64,000 nt of DNA, from contig JAQGDQ010000001.1 of NCBI GenBank assembly GCA_030141605.1, positions 2,480,001 through 2,544,000 of the forward strand, in the 5' to 3' direction. This document shows, in pieces, positions 39,066 to 51,600 of this stretch. Source of the DNA: Tubiluchus corallicola (lineage: Eukaryota; Animalia; Priapulida). The translations under genes and the position numbers were made by a program. The notes beneath the pieces are model-generated. The model did no database searches and was not told where the DNA came from. It saw only the letters and a list, made by a program, of their open reading frames with translations. Each line of letters opens with the position of its first letter. Within the stretch, counting starts at the first letter, position 1.

Positions 39066-39599
39066 ATCAATGGTTAAAACACAAAACAATTTTTATTATG
39101 TTTGCAAGAAGTACTGTTGCAAAAACAAATAAGCGGTATTCAACCGATGTCTCATTTTAAGATAATAATAAATATGGTAATACATTACGTGGTATTATTT
39201 TACGGCATACTTTCAGGCATGACTGAAATGTCAGATTGTAAATTTTTCTAATGTTGGTCGTTATAGTGGACAATAATTATTATTGAACATTGAGTGCAAT
39301 TCATTTTCTACTGCTTTTCATTTGTCATATTGAATCATGATCACTGATGCACAGTTTAGTTAGCTTCTGCCTAGTATTTTTGTTCAGTGGTCAACAATTT
39401 AACGGTTCATTGGCTACACTTCGCCTTTTCCAAGACGAGCACAACTTACGTAAGTGTGCAAGAGCAAAATTATTTTCTTCTGATGTCATTATATGGTTAT
39501 TCCCACTACATGCAAGTGTCACCGTTCCCACCTATTATACATTTCTTTGTAACAGCTATTATTATATTTTTTCTCGATTCCATAATTTCTGTATAATTA

Positions 39600-40495
39600 A
39601 TGCTCTTACTATTCTTTGAAGAGTATCTGCATGTTGTTTCAATAGTCTCTATCCCAAAGTTTTTCTTATTTATTATTCCTTCCGTTTTCTCACAACTTAG
39701 TGCATTTTCTCTATTTTTTATTTGCTCCATCTTATCTTTGATTCTGTAATTATCCAATACAATTCACTTATTTCTGAATGCCAACAATCTTTATAAAGAT
39801 TCTCTTTACATTCTTTTTTACATTATATTATTCTCTTATTACTTTATATTATATTACACTAATCTCTTTTTTACCCATTTTATTTTCACTTCTTTTTACG
39901 AATATTTTCTTCGATATGTACTCTATGTTCTTCTTGTTTTCATTATAATTATATCACCAATTAATTGTTCTCTTACTTTCAACAACTTTATTTGACTTAA
40001 ATTATCAATTTGCTTCCTCTCTTCCCTTATCGTTCTTTAACTTTTCAATAGTTTTATTATTTTTTCTGGTCTCATTTTTCTTAATTTTACTTTTCCTTGT
40101 TTGAAAACATTTCTTCATTATTTTCATGATTTCTTGTTGCCGATTATTATATTGACATTGCAAGTCTTCACCATTCTTTCATATGTTTACTGTCTTCTGT
40201 TAGCCTTTTAAACTTGTTTAATCCAGATGGATTTATAGTAATGTTATTTTTTATCCTTGTCCGCATTTTATACAATTCACTCCAATTAAGTGTTATCCAA
40301 ATAGTATTGTGATCTGAATACACACTTTCAATTTTATTTCCTTTCTCTTTTATCTTTTATTCCATACAGTCCTTACACTTGTTCTCATCGATTATCATCC
40401 TTTGAACTGCATCAATATCGTTTGCATTCATTATAACATAATCAATTATAGCTTTTTGATTTCTCTCCACTCTTGTCCACAAGCCTGTTTTTACT
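39600..40495 (-). mobile_element. Decayed LINE ORF2 fragment (APE endonuclease end and linker)
   Basis: Minus strand GLWTRVERNQKAIIDYVIMN...VYSDHNTIWITLNW, containing the IDY and SDH endonuclease motifs, with stops and frameshifts downstream. Confidence 0.75.
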
Positions 40496-40522
40496 TGCAG
40501 CTATTTACTAGCCGTTCTGCTA

Positions 40523-40740
40523 GCTCAGAATAAGATTCTTTTGTTTTATCAGATGCATACTAAATTATTCATGGTGTACTGACGTTTTCAGTTATTATTA
40601 TTAAACAAACAAGGACAACGGGCGCTGCAAGTACGATTAACGGCTCAATTCGCGAGCTGTTTCTAGTGTCCTACTTGGGCAGCCCATGTACGACGCGTCC
40701 TACTTGGGCTAGCCCATGTACGCCAATTGTCCTACTTACT
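40523..40740. repeat. Fragment of the 59248-60178 MITE family (inverted)
   Basis: Reverse complement of 59285-59445; GTCCTACTTGGGC(T)AGCCCATGTACG tandem motifs. Confidence 0.8.
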
Positions 40741-41139
40741 CTAGAGTCTTATACTGCACCCAACAGTGCCATATTTGGTACATGCATGTAGCATGTCCAG
40801 TTTGCGAAGTGGTACAAATTCTTTTGTGTTTAAATTTTCAAATAATTGCTGAAGTATTGTTTTCCTTTGTTTTAAAGAAAAGAATAATCGATGTTAGTTT
40901 TTGTTGGTGTGTTGGCTGCAGTTATTAGCTGTGGATACTGCGTGGACGCTTAATAGGATACGGGTCCAGTTCTCAGTTGTATTCCTGAGTTCCTGGTCAG
41001 AATTTTGAGAATCATTTTCAGGACAGATTCTCAAAATGGGTTTTAGGTGTCCGTGGAAATGCTTCCAATATAGCGTGTAAAGTTGAATTAGACATATACC
41101 CACTGCTAATTAAAGCATCAACAATTCTTCACAAATATC

Positions 41140-41963
41140 TAGTAATGACACACATAAAGCCAAGGAATACATTATTTAAAAATGTGCTACATAATGATAC
41201 TAGACAAAATGGTGGCAAAAACAAACTAAGATTTTATAGACATGTAAAAATCATTTATGAATTAGAAGATTATTTAAAAATTATTTCTAATAAGAAACAT
41301 AGACAAAATATTGCAAAATTACGCATCAGTGACCATGACCTGGAAATAGAACGCAGTAGGTATAAAAATAAAAAAAGGGTGAAAGGTTTTGTCAATACTG
41401 TCACAACAACAGCTCAAAATTAGTAGAAAACGAATTACATTACCTTTTTACTTGTGCATTGTATGAAAATGTTAGACAAAAATATGAGTACTAAATATAT
41501 AATCCATCTTTACAAAAAGGTAATGTATACTCAGTAATGTGGCTTTTTCTACATACAAACCCAGAAGACCCTATTCACTATGGAAACTACTTAAATGAAT
41601 GTGATAAAAAAGGGCAGTTATATCATGGTGGTAGATCTAGTGAGTGCTAGATAAACATTATGCTGTGATTGTATAATTTAATCTCGTTTGTGATTATTTT
41701 AATTATTTAGGTTTTGTGTTTTCACTAGTTCATTGCAGTTGTAGCATAAAATATTATTTCATAAGAGCGCATAATTTCTTATTAGATTTAAGTAGGTTAT
41801 TTAAGTAACTTGTAAAACTCATGTTTTTGCAGCATTGCATAATTGTATTTGTTATATTTTGAAATTGTTCTTGTACTTTAATTTTTTTGTAATTGTAATT
41901 TTTTGCCATGATACTCTATTGTATTTGTGCAATAAAATGAAACTGAAGAATTGAATTGAATTG
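41140..41963 (+). mobile_element. LINE 3' end (ORF2 C-terminal Cys/His region, 3' UTR, TTGAA tail)
   Basis: NKLRFYRHVK...AKLRISDHDLEIER.RY, then CQYCH...VENELHYLFTC in shifted frames. AATAAA at ~41931 is followed by a (GAATT)n tail. Confidence 0.8.
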
Positions 41964-42033
41964 GTCATTCACCGTTCACTACATACTGAGTAAGTAATTT
42001 TCTCACAAGTAGATGACGCGACAACCGTGAAAT

Positions 42034-42816
42034 ATGGCTTCCGGGAAGAAGGCCTACGGAAATTCTGCTAATCCATTTTACGTTGAAGATGATGATGACA
42101 CTTTCATTGCAAAACAAACAACAACGTCACCTGACTGGAATTCTGAAGAATTTGGTATGGACTATGAATTATATCAAAAATTGCAAAAAAAGAAAGAAAT
42201 TGAAGAAAGAATGGTGGGATCCACTAATCGCAGTGTGGCAATGGTAGATGAATCGGAAAGAGTAGGCTTAGAAACGGCCCATGATTTATTGCATCAAAGG
42301 GAGCAACTAGAAAAAACTGAAAGAAATCTTGACAAAATAAAACAAGATACACGTATCTCTCAAAGACACATCACCAGTATTAAGAGCATTTTCGGAAGCA
42401 TGAGAAATTATTTTGGAGGTGGTAAAGACCAGCCGACAACACAACTGCCACCTAAGACAGAAAATATAAGTAGTGCGCTGAAATCGAAAGTTGAAGCAAA
42501 TCCAAAAGAAAGTGTTCATCCTGGGATGCGGTTGCGTGAACTTGATGAATTTGATTGTGTTGATGATATTGATGCAAAATTTGTAGCATCAGGTAGGTCA
42601 GTTCGCCAGGACCAAAAATCTGCTGATGACATTGTTGATGAGAATTTAGGTGAAATGTCAGCTGGAATGTTGCGACTTAAGGGCCTTGCTTTGGGTTTAC
42701 AAACTGAGATAGATGAACATAATCAAATGCTGGATAGAATCACTGATAAGACAGAAAATATGGATACTGAAATTCAGCGGCAGAACCGCCAGATGAAAAA
42801 GATTTTGCGAAAATAA
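42034..42816 (+). CDS. SNAP29: Synaptosomal-associated protein 29 (Qbc-SNARE), single coding exon, 260 aa
   Basis: N-terminal NPF motif. First SNARE helix STNRSVAMVDESERVGLETAHDLLHQREQLEKTE...SQRHITSIKSIFG; second SNARE helix DENLGEMSAGMLRLKGLALGLQTEIDEHNQMLDRIT. No Cys cluster and no TM, which fits SNAP29 rather than SNAP25/23. Confidence 0.96.
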   Translation: MASGKKAYGNSANPFYVEDDDDTFIAKQTTTSPDWNSEEFGMDYELYQKLQKKKEIEERMVGSTNRSVAMVDESERVGLETAHDLLHQREQLEKTERNLDKIKQDTRISQRHITSIKSIFGSMRNYFGGGKDQPTTQLPPKTENISSALKSKVEANPKESVHPGMRLRELDEFDCVDDIDAKFVASGRSVRQDQKSADDIVDENLGEMSAGMLRLKGLALGLQTEIDEHNQMLDRITDKTENMDTEIQRQNRQMKKILRK

Positions 42817-45049
42817 AAGATAATATCAGAATGTTGTAGCATATGAAATTTTGTAAAGGTAGAAAATATTTTAATACATAATACGTGATAAAACTTTGTT
42901 AAAAAACTTTGCAAGAAAAAATGTAGTTAATGCTGCAATATGCACTACATATTTGAATTTAATTGTGGATAATTATATGGCTTGTAGACATTTAAATTTT
43001 TGCCACATTTGGAAGAATTTTGACACTCAAAATAAATAGTAGATGCAAATAGCTTTGATCTTTTGACTAAAATTAAGCAGCGTATCACATACAGCTTGGC
43101 ATAAATTATATTAGACCAATTGGCATGTTTTTTGTAACTTTTTAAGTTTGGGGCTGTGTTGCTTCATTGAACATGTTGTTTCTAATTCATTCAAAATTCG
43201 CTATTGGGTCTTATGTTCTTGTAAATGATTAAAAAGCTTGCCTTACACTGTCATAATAAAAGCTAATAACTTATTTTTAAGTCATAATTATTAAATGGGT
43301 ATTCTAATTTTGCATTTCATGATATGTGCAGAAATTATAGCTTTGGTAGCATTTGGCAGTTGTGCTAGTCTAATCTTTTGTTCACTGATCAATTAATACT
43401 GTGATAGACATTCTGATAAACTACTGCAGAGATGTTAATTCCAAAGAAATGTTGGATTGCAGGCTAAACTTCATATTCATCAAATATGAAGTGTCCATTT
43501 TGACTGAATTGCAAAGAGTTCCATGTCACAAAGCTATGTATACTCATATACGGACTAATTGGCTATATATCAAGTGTTTATTGCTTGAGTTGCTATGAGG
43601 TCAGATATTTTGTTCAGTTAAATTCAGGTTTGAAAACAGTCGGTCCCCCTAGGAAATTCTATTTAAAAAATTTTTGAGTAAATTTTTAAATTCCACTAAT
43701 ATCATTTAGGCGGTGAAGCGAGTATTCTTACTTCCAATGACATGCTTGCCCACTGTGATCACACTGTTCACATATATACTGCATATATAATTTGTAATGG
43801 TAATGTACGTTATACATATATAGATGTATTGTGTTAAATGCAAATGTATAGTATTACTTGTAATATTAGAAATATAATGTTACAATTTTTCTTTTTGCTT
43901 TATGAAGTGTACTTTGTGCTTCGTGAGTACAACTAATATGATACATTTTAATTAAAGGTGAAGAAAAGGGAATTCTAAAGTATATCCCCAAAGCTTTCCA
44001 TACAAAGCTATATTACATAGCATTATATTTACCTGTTTGAAAGATGTGTAATTAAAAAAGAAAATTTTTAATAATTTAAAATGTTTGTGCAAACTGGAAA
44101 AACATTACCATATCATTCCAGTGTACCACTGGCTTAATAGAAAAACACATTATTGATCTCGTTGACAATAGACAGTAATTTATAAATTTGTTTAGTTAGA
44201 GCAGAGTGCTCTATTTTTTCAAATTTTACAAAACGTTATCTAAACCTGTTTCAAACAACTTACCGTTAAAATGGCTGCACCCAACGGTTATCGTGGGAGT
44301 TTAAATCACAAGTATAATACAGGTTACTGCTAATTTAAGTTGTTTGTGCAGCATGTAAGTGAAACAAAATTTCAAGACAAATTTTGTAAACACTTATGAA
44401 GAGTGTTTTTCTGTCCTTTAATGTGTCATTGTAATTATTATCTAGTTTACAGGAAGAACTAATTAACCAACAGAGATACATCCTCGTGTCAAGTGGACCT
44501 ATTTAACATATAGCAAGATATTCTGTGAGCTCATCACTCGCATTAATCAAAAGAATGCTGCTGCAGTTTGTGAACCTAAAATTACTTGGCTATTTATTAG
44601 CGTTTAAGCCTCTATAATAACTAACTATCAACTACTATTTTTATTTTGAATGCGCAGATTTGAACTAGTTATTCTCATTTTTTAACCAATCTCAACACTT
44701 CAACAGACAGGCTCAGTATTATTTTAGATCACTATTGTCACTAATACCATAAATTTTGGATTATCGTATACACGCATTCTTAATTTGCAGGTTAGCAAAT
44801 ATCGTGATTCATTTCTGAATCGACTAATCTATACATTTGCTGCATGATTTAAAGTCAGACTTGCATTCTCTCTAGTATCTTTAAATTAAACGTACTATAA
44901 AAAGAGACCTAACACCAACAGCAAAATATGCATGTGTTGTACATCAAAATAAAGACATAATTTAGGCCAATGCAGTTTTATTAATTGAACACTGAATTAC
45001 AGTTTACACATGGAGTGTAGAACAACCACATATTAATTCAATAGTTATT

Positions 45050-45290
45050 AATCAAAAGAAGACAAAGTGCCCTTTAAATCTCAAAAACGTATTTTTCCAG
45101 GAGCTTTCGTCATTCACGAACTTTGTCAACTGTATGGCCTAGATCTTGAAAGGGAAAATGGCCTAGAGCTGACAAAGTCCGTGAAGGGCAAAAAGCTCCT
45201 GGAAAAATGAAAGGTTTTGAGAGTTAAATGGCACTTCTTTATAATTACGATCATGGCAAGTCTCAGAGAGCACTATCTTATTTTCAACAG
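45050..45290. mobile_element. Palindromic Penelope-like terminal-repeat remnant with hammerhead-like cores on both strands
   Basis: Arms 45065-45131 and 45167-45236 are inverted repeats. The + arm reads CTGACAAAGTCCGTGAAGGGCAAAAAGCTCC and the - arm reads TTGACAAAGTTCGTGAATGACGAAAGCTCC. Confidence 0.6.
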
Positions 45291-47290
45291 TTTTTACATG
45301 AAATACGTATTCAGAAATCCAAATTATACCAAATTCCATATTGCAACTCTTTCAAATGTAGCCTGAAAAGACTTATGTAGCTTACACAACTTATGTAACT
45401 AGTCAAATTTTGGTAATTACATTTTCCCTTCTCCAAAATCGAATATAAGAGACTGATGTACATCATAGTAAATGAAGACAAGGAATAGGTGGAAATATTT
45501 ACAAGTTTACTGGCTATTCCTATGCTATCAAAAATATGAAACACAATATAATGTTGACACAGTAAAAGCATAAACACATATGCCTGCCTGGATTACATTG
45601 TCAGTCAATGCATAGTCACATAATTAGAAACAGAAATAATACTACAGTGGTATATGTAGTTGTAATAAAATGTGCAAATTACTGGATATGAAGAAACTGG
45701 AAAACATAAATTGTAAACACTCATTAACCAATTAAAATGTAAAAGCAAATTGAATTCCTTTAAAAGACTATAGCAAATTCATCTGATACATGACATCTCG
45801 AACAAAATATTTTTAATAATTTTTAAATAAGACCAACACAGACATTTGGAATGGAAGGAATAAAAGCATTCTTGAGTTTGCACCACTTATACTATAGTAT
45901 AATATTATGGACTTTGTATAGCAAAGTACATGTCACTGAATTTCGTGACTGAGTTCAGTTCTGCTGCTAGAATTTTAAATATTTTTTCTCCTCCACTTCA
46001 GTTTTTATCTAGAGGTGTGCACTTTGAACATGTGCTGATACTGGCCATTGCTGTTTCTCAAAGCAACCCAATTGATGCACCTAACTTTGTAAGTTTTTTC
46101 TTTTCATATGGCTATGTGCAAATTAGGTTCATAACAGATGTAGAATGCACAGTTGACTAGTGCAGTGAAACGTATGGGTAATCTATGGTTTAAAAACACA
46201 TTTGCTTGCACATTTGTGATAAGTTCAGAATGAAACCATAATATGGAATAAAACAACTTAAACAATAACTTAAACAGTGACTTAAAAAAATTGACAATAA
46301 CATATACGTGCCACGCATATTACATGTATAAGTAATAAAATAAGTTTTCGTAGCCATAATTTAGTCGCACATGTGCTTTCTATTAATGTGAAATGACTAG
46401 ATAGTAGAAAATTCAATGCATACTAAACTAAACTAACTTAACGAGCAAATTCATGAACATAGAAGTTATGCACTTTTTTTAAATGATAATTCACATTACA
46501 CATTTCTATAAATTCACACCCAACTTTTGGTAAATTAAATAAAGAGCTAGGACAACAGCCTCGTTTAAACTAAAGAAAAGCTGAGCATTTTTTACATCTT
46601 TCACGCATCTTAGGGCATAAAATCACTCGAAGTTTACCTCAGAACCAGATTCTATCTAAGCATACACATTTTTAGCTTTGCTGAATTATTGAGTGGGTGA
46701 CATGAAAAAATGTCATTAACTAATCTTTGTAGCTTAAAAAAATATGAGAACAGCATTGGAACAAAACTTCTTTAACCTCTCTTTAAAGTGTGAACTTAAT
46801 CGACTCTAATAGGTAAGTGAATCCATCCTAGAGACAGTCCAGGTTTTGTGTGTATTTCGCAACTAATTCGGACACTAGTTAGAAATAAAACTTATCATTT
46901 TGCTTTAGATGCTAATGTGCTTTGTACGTTTGAAAACATTGTATTAGATGAACACGAATTTGCATGATCTAGAACAGTACATACACAAATAAAAAAAATT
47001 CTGTTCAACAACTAACAAACATTATGCAACATGATAAACTCGAATGCTGTGTGGTGATCACAAAGTTAAATAATAAATTATCATTGGAATCATATTAATT
47101 AAATAAAGAACATCATTACTGTGAAGTAAAATTAGAGCATTAAAACAATAACAAAAAATGGAATGAGATTTGGCTTTTTATGTAAAATATCACATTCATA
47201 TCATTAACATCAATGTACATATGCATTGGACTCGTTGTACCAGATGTCCCAGAAGTTGCTTTCACTTATATTGTTGTAATACACAAATGT

Positions 47291-47429
47291 TCAACACTTC
47301 TCACAGCAGCTTGGCTTGTTTACATAGCCTGCATTGCCACCTACATAATTGGCTAGGGGTGTGGCATCGGGAGAGGTCAATTCGGTCTGTCTAGAGACCT
47401 TAGATGCTGTTGCATTTAAAGTAGGGCTG
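47291..47429 (-). CDS. CACFD1: Candidate alternative last coding exon of Flower
   Basis: TATTGTCTTAG|CAG acceptor. In phase 2 it stays open for 45 codons: (N)SPTLNATASKVSRQTELTSPDATPLANYVGGNAGYVNKPSCCEKC*. Confidence 0.4.
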
Positions 47430-48646
47430 CTAAGACAATACTGATTTGAAAATCAATTCAGTTAATCAACAGCTGTTGATAATTTTTTTCCTAAGAAACA
47501 ACTTACCTGGTTTTATATGGACTTTTTTACTACGAGCTGCAATGTACCGAAAACATAGCAAAATGCATTTCAAACACACACTATTACACCAAACCTTTAA
47601 CTTGCAGGCTAATGTCTCCTCATTCCGGGACATCTGGCCAAACTTATTCTCATGTAACATGGTATGGAAGTAACCAACTATATAACACAGAACAATCACC
47701 TAATCACTATGTACAAAGACTAGCAATTATTTCACATAGGAAATAAAACTAACAATAATTATAATACACATGAATGATTTAACACTTAAAATTTTCTTAA
47801 ACTCATTTGTGTATAGACAGGCTCTGACTTGTGTAAACATACAAGGTAATAGCAATAGCAACTTTTGTCTGATACTATAGGAACTATTTGCTTTGGGTTT
47901 AGCTTACCACGTCAGTGCTGATTTACAACATAATGAGATCCACCATCACTGGTCTAGCTCACCTGCTCTCACACGTCAGATTGGATGTGGGTATCCATCG
48001 AAACTTTAATCATCCATGTAGCTACTTCATGACTAAAAGGTCTAACTGATATTTTTCTACACAGCTAGGAATCTAACACACTGTCTCCTCACAAAAATCA
48101 GGGACAATTATAAATTAGCAATCAAAAGATTTGTAGCTACTACCTATAACAGTGTTTTCAACAGGTCAGCAGCATGGTATAAATGTAGTTAATTTTGTAT
48201 GGAATTTAATTTTATACTTCTTGCTCAAACTACAAAATAAGTAAAATGAAAATGCAAAGTACACATATATCATAGGTTATACAATAATAACCAGGTAACC
48301 AATGTAACATTGAAAGGAAATCTGTGCTTAATGTTATGAAATACAGTACGTATTTGATATAATAATTTCTATATGTAATTCGTACAACAGCAGGTAAGAC
48401 TATCTACCAATGTAACACATGAGCACTATAACACTTACACTGTAAAACTATAACATAACACTTGACTCATTAGTGGCAATTTGCAGAAAAGGTTTTTTCT
48501 CCTAAAGAAACATTCACACTTCACTGGCCTACCTCAGCAAACTGTTATGCTGCTATGCTGCTTCAATATGCTCTCAAGACAGCTACTCAATTGCTTTACC
48601 ATCTCATTTCCATCGACACTATGGTTTTCCTACGATTCAAGTGTCG

Positions 48647-51600
48647 TTAATATTGTGCAGCTTGACTTGCTGCCATGTTCACACCCATATCAACAAATCT
48701 TGATTCTAGTTCAGCGTCCCGCCCTTGAGCATTTGCCAACATTTCCCGTCTTTCAGCTCTGAAACACCAGTATTGCCATTTATTAGATTTTGCCACATAA
48801 GAATAGCTATTCTCCAGCATTATATTGCATAGCCTATTTACCAAGTACACATTGGCAATACAATTCACACAATACAAATGCCAGCATGACCTGTTTAATC
48901 TAGAAGGCCGTGGTGGGGCGGGGATCTAGCTCATTATCAATGACACATAACTAAGATAAATGCTGAATCAGCAAAATCAGCAGATAAAGGCTGAACCATA
49001 CATTTAGATATGCAAATGATGTAAATAGCTCGAAACAGCATGGCAGATATCATTCAGAAACGACATGTTGCAAAACATTTGTTCAAAACTAAGACAATGG
49101 GATAAAGTTATTTTGAGTAAGGGTGGCAGGAATTAATGACAAGCATTTGTAATGTCCTTAATGTTTAATTTGGACATTATGCTACACGTTTAAGCAATGC
49201 AAAAGTATTTAAAGAAAGACGATACCCATTCAACAATACTAGAAACCTACCTGATGATGATTTCCTAATGCACATATATCTGAGCCATACTGAATTAAAG
49301 AATTGGTAATGCCAACTACTAAAATGATCAATGAATTGCTACAATGACAGTGATTTAAATTTTTCTGAAAGCAACTGACACGTAAGAAAATCTTACTTTT
49401 TTCCAAGTGACATCAGTCCATATAGTACACCAGTAATAAATATAAGAGCGTTGCCAAAAATCGAAGTTAAACCTGGACACAAGCAGATAGGTATCAGAGC
49501 AATGCTAAAATAAAGAAACAAACAATTACAGTAAGCAAATAGCAGGTAAAAACTAGTACAGCAAAAAATGCTAAATAATAGACACATCTTTATTTTACTA
49601 TGGGTTGTAATTTAGAACATAATCCTTCACGAAAATTATTGCCAATTAATATCGAAACAAAATGCATATTTGTTATGTTTCAGGGGTAATACCAAACTTA
49701 TTTACTTGTGAGATTTTTTACAGCTTTCTACAGTACAATTTTCTACAGCTGATCACAAAATTGAATCAGAAATAGCCAGCCAAGAAAGTAGAAAGTAGCA
49801 CAGAAAGATGCGAGTATGGCATGTCGACTAGTTGTAAAACTATTTCCTGCTAGTACATATCATTTAATTCAGCAAAATAAATGCTTACAGAGTTAGATTT
49901 GTTAACGAACAGTGCATGGGTTATAGATACTGCTCTAGACTGTGCAGCTGGTTGTTTTGAGGTTTGGGACCAGCAGTTCGGCATCGGGATTCAGGTACTA
50001 ATTGACCTCGAGATTGGAATTTTTTGGAGTTCTGGATCAAGTGGTCGGAATCGAGGTTTGGATTGTGACGAAATATTCAGGATCTGGGCTCCCAACTCAC
50101 ATCCATAAATATAATTATCAGTAAATGGAAATAAGAAAACTACAGCAAAATTCTACAGTTTTAACCCTACCCTTGTTAATATTGATGACTGTGACATGAG
50201 TCATATTGCTAAGTTCTGACTTTTTCGTTTTTCCTTTCAGACAGTATGGCTTGATAAATTCAGTAATGTAGGTTTATTCCACTAATTAGTAGTTTCTACA
50301 AGTAATCTTGAAATTGAGATTATATAAATTATTTACATGTGTTTGTTCAATGCTGTATTAACCATTTCACTATGGAAGGCGGCACATTGCAGCCTATGTT
50401 TTTCATAACTCGGCACTAAGCGCAATCACCCAGGTCTGTTTATTTCGCTGCTACGGCCATGCAATACATTGTAGACATAAGTTTAACAGCCGTGGGAATA
50501 GGGTTGCTTAGCGACCAGTAAAGCTAACCAGCCAATCAGCGTCTGAAGCCAGGTGTATTTCACAATACTGTATTGTATGGTATGTTCACATGCAAAATCA
50601 CTTGTAGATCATTGACTAAACGTATGTTTAGTTGATTGTCCAGCATTCTTATAAAATGATTGCACATTACGAATTAGTATTGTGTCTTTTGTGAAACTGG
50701 TTTCTAAATATAAGTACATACTTATTTATGATTGTGTGCATGTCGGTGGGTGCGTGAGCTGCATGTATGTGTGCTCGTATGTGTGTGCAGGTATAGAAAT
50801 AAAATTAATATTCAATATTAGCACTTAATAACAGACAACTATTTATTTATTTACAAGATTCTGTTTTAGTAACACACCACAGAAATTTATTGTCAGATGT
50901 ACAGAAACTCAATGTTGTCCAGTTAAAAAGCAACTACATAATGAAAGGGTTAATAACAGACATTCAAAGCATTCATTATATAGGGGCTAGTATCCTGGAC
51001 GAGAAAGTGTCTACACTGTGAAAAGGATTCACCCACATACACCCTGTTTGGCAGCGTGCCAGCTACAAATTTGCTATAAACTATAAGTAATTGTTAGAAA
51101 GATGAACTATGCATAGGGCCTACTGACTAAGAAGCATCATCTGCTTGAGCTATATTCAGATAAGAAAGATACTAGTAGCAGCATTGTCAGACAAAAATAA
51201 CACAAAAGATTTTTCGTAAATTGTTCCAACACTGTTGCAAATACACCACACCAGACATGTCATGCCCACACTAGGTTGAGTGTGCTCTGTTAAGTGCCAT
51301 GAAAAGCTAATTATGCATTTACTTTAACCTACCCACAAGACAATTTAAAAATAGTGTGATGCAGTCAAGGTTAGCAAAATACAAATAACAAAATGTTATC
51401 AGGAAATTTAAGTGATGAATATCTTGATAAATGGGTCATTTTGCATCTTCTACCTCAAAAATCTATAGTAAATGTTGCTTTTCAAACATTATAAACTTCT
51501 AAATTTCCGGATTTGGATTGGGTCGAGATGGGATGAAAAGCTCGGAAACACGGTTCAGGATAGGATTGAATGCTCTGGAGCAGGGTTTAAAATCCAGGTT

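Noticed and set aside
47910-48020. C/D-box snoRNA-like arrangement on the minus strand (GATGA…CTGA…GTGATGG…CTGA)
   Set aside because: The C box is non-canonical, the terminal stem is weak, and I recognised no rRNA/snRNA guide complement.
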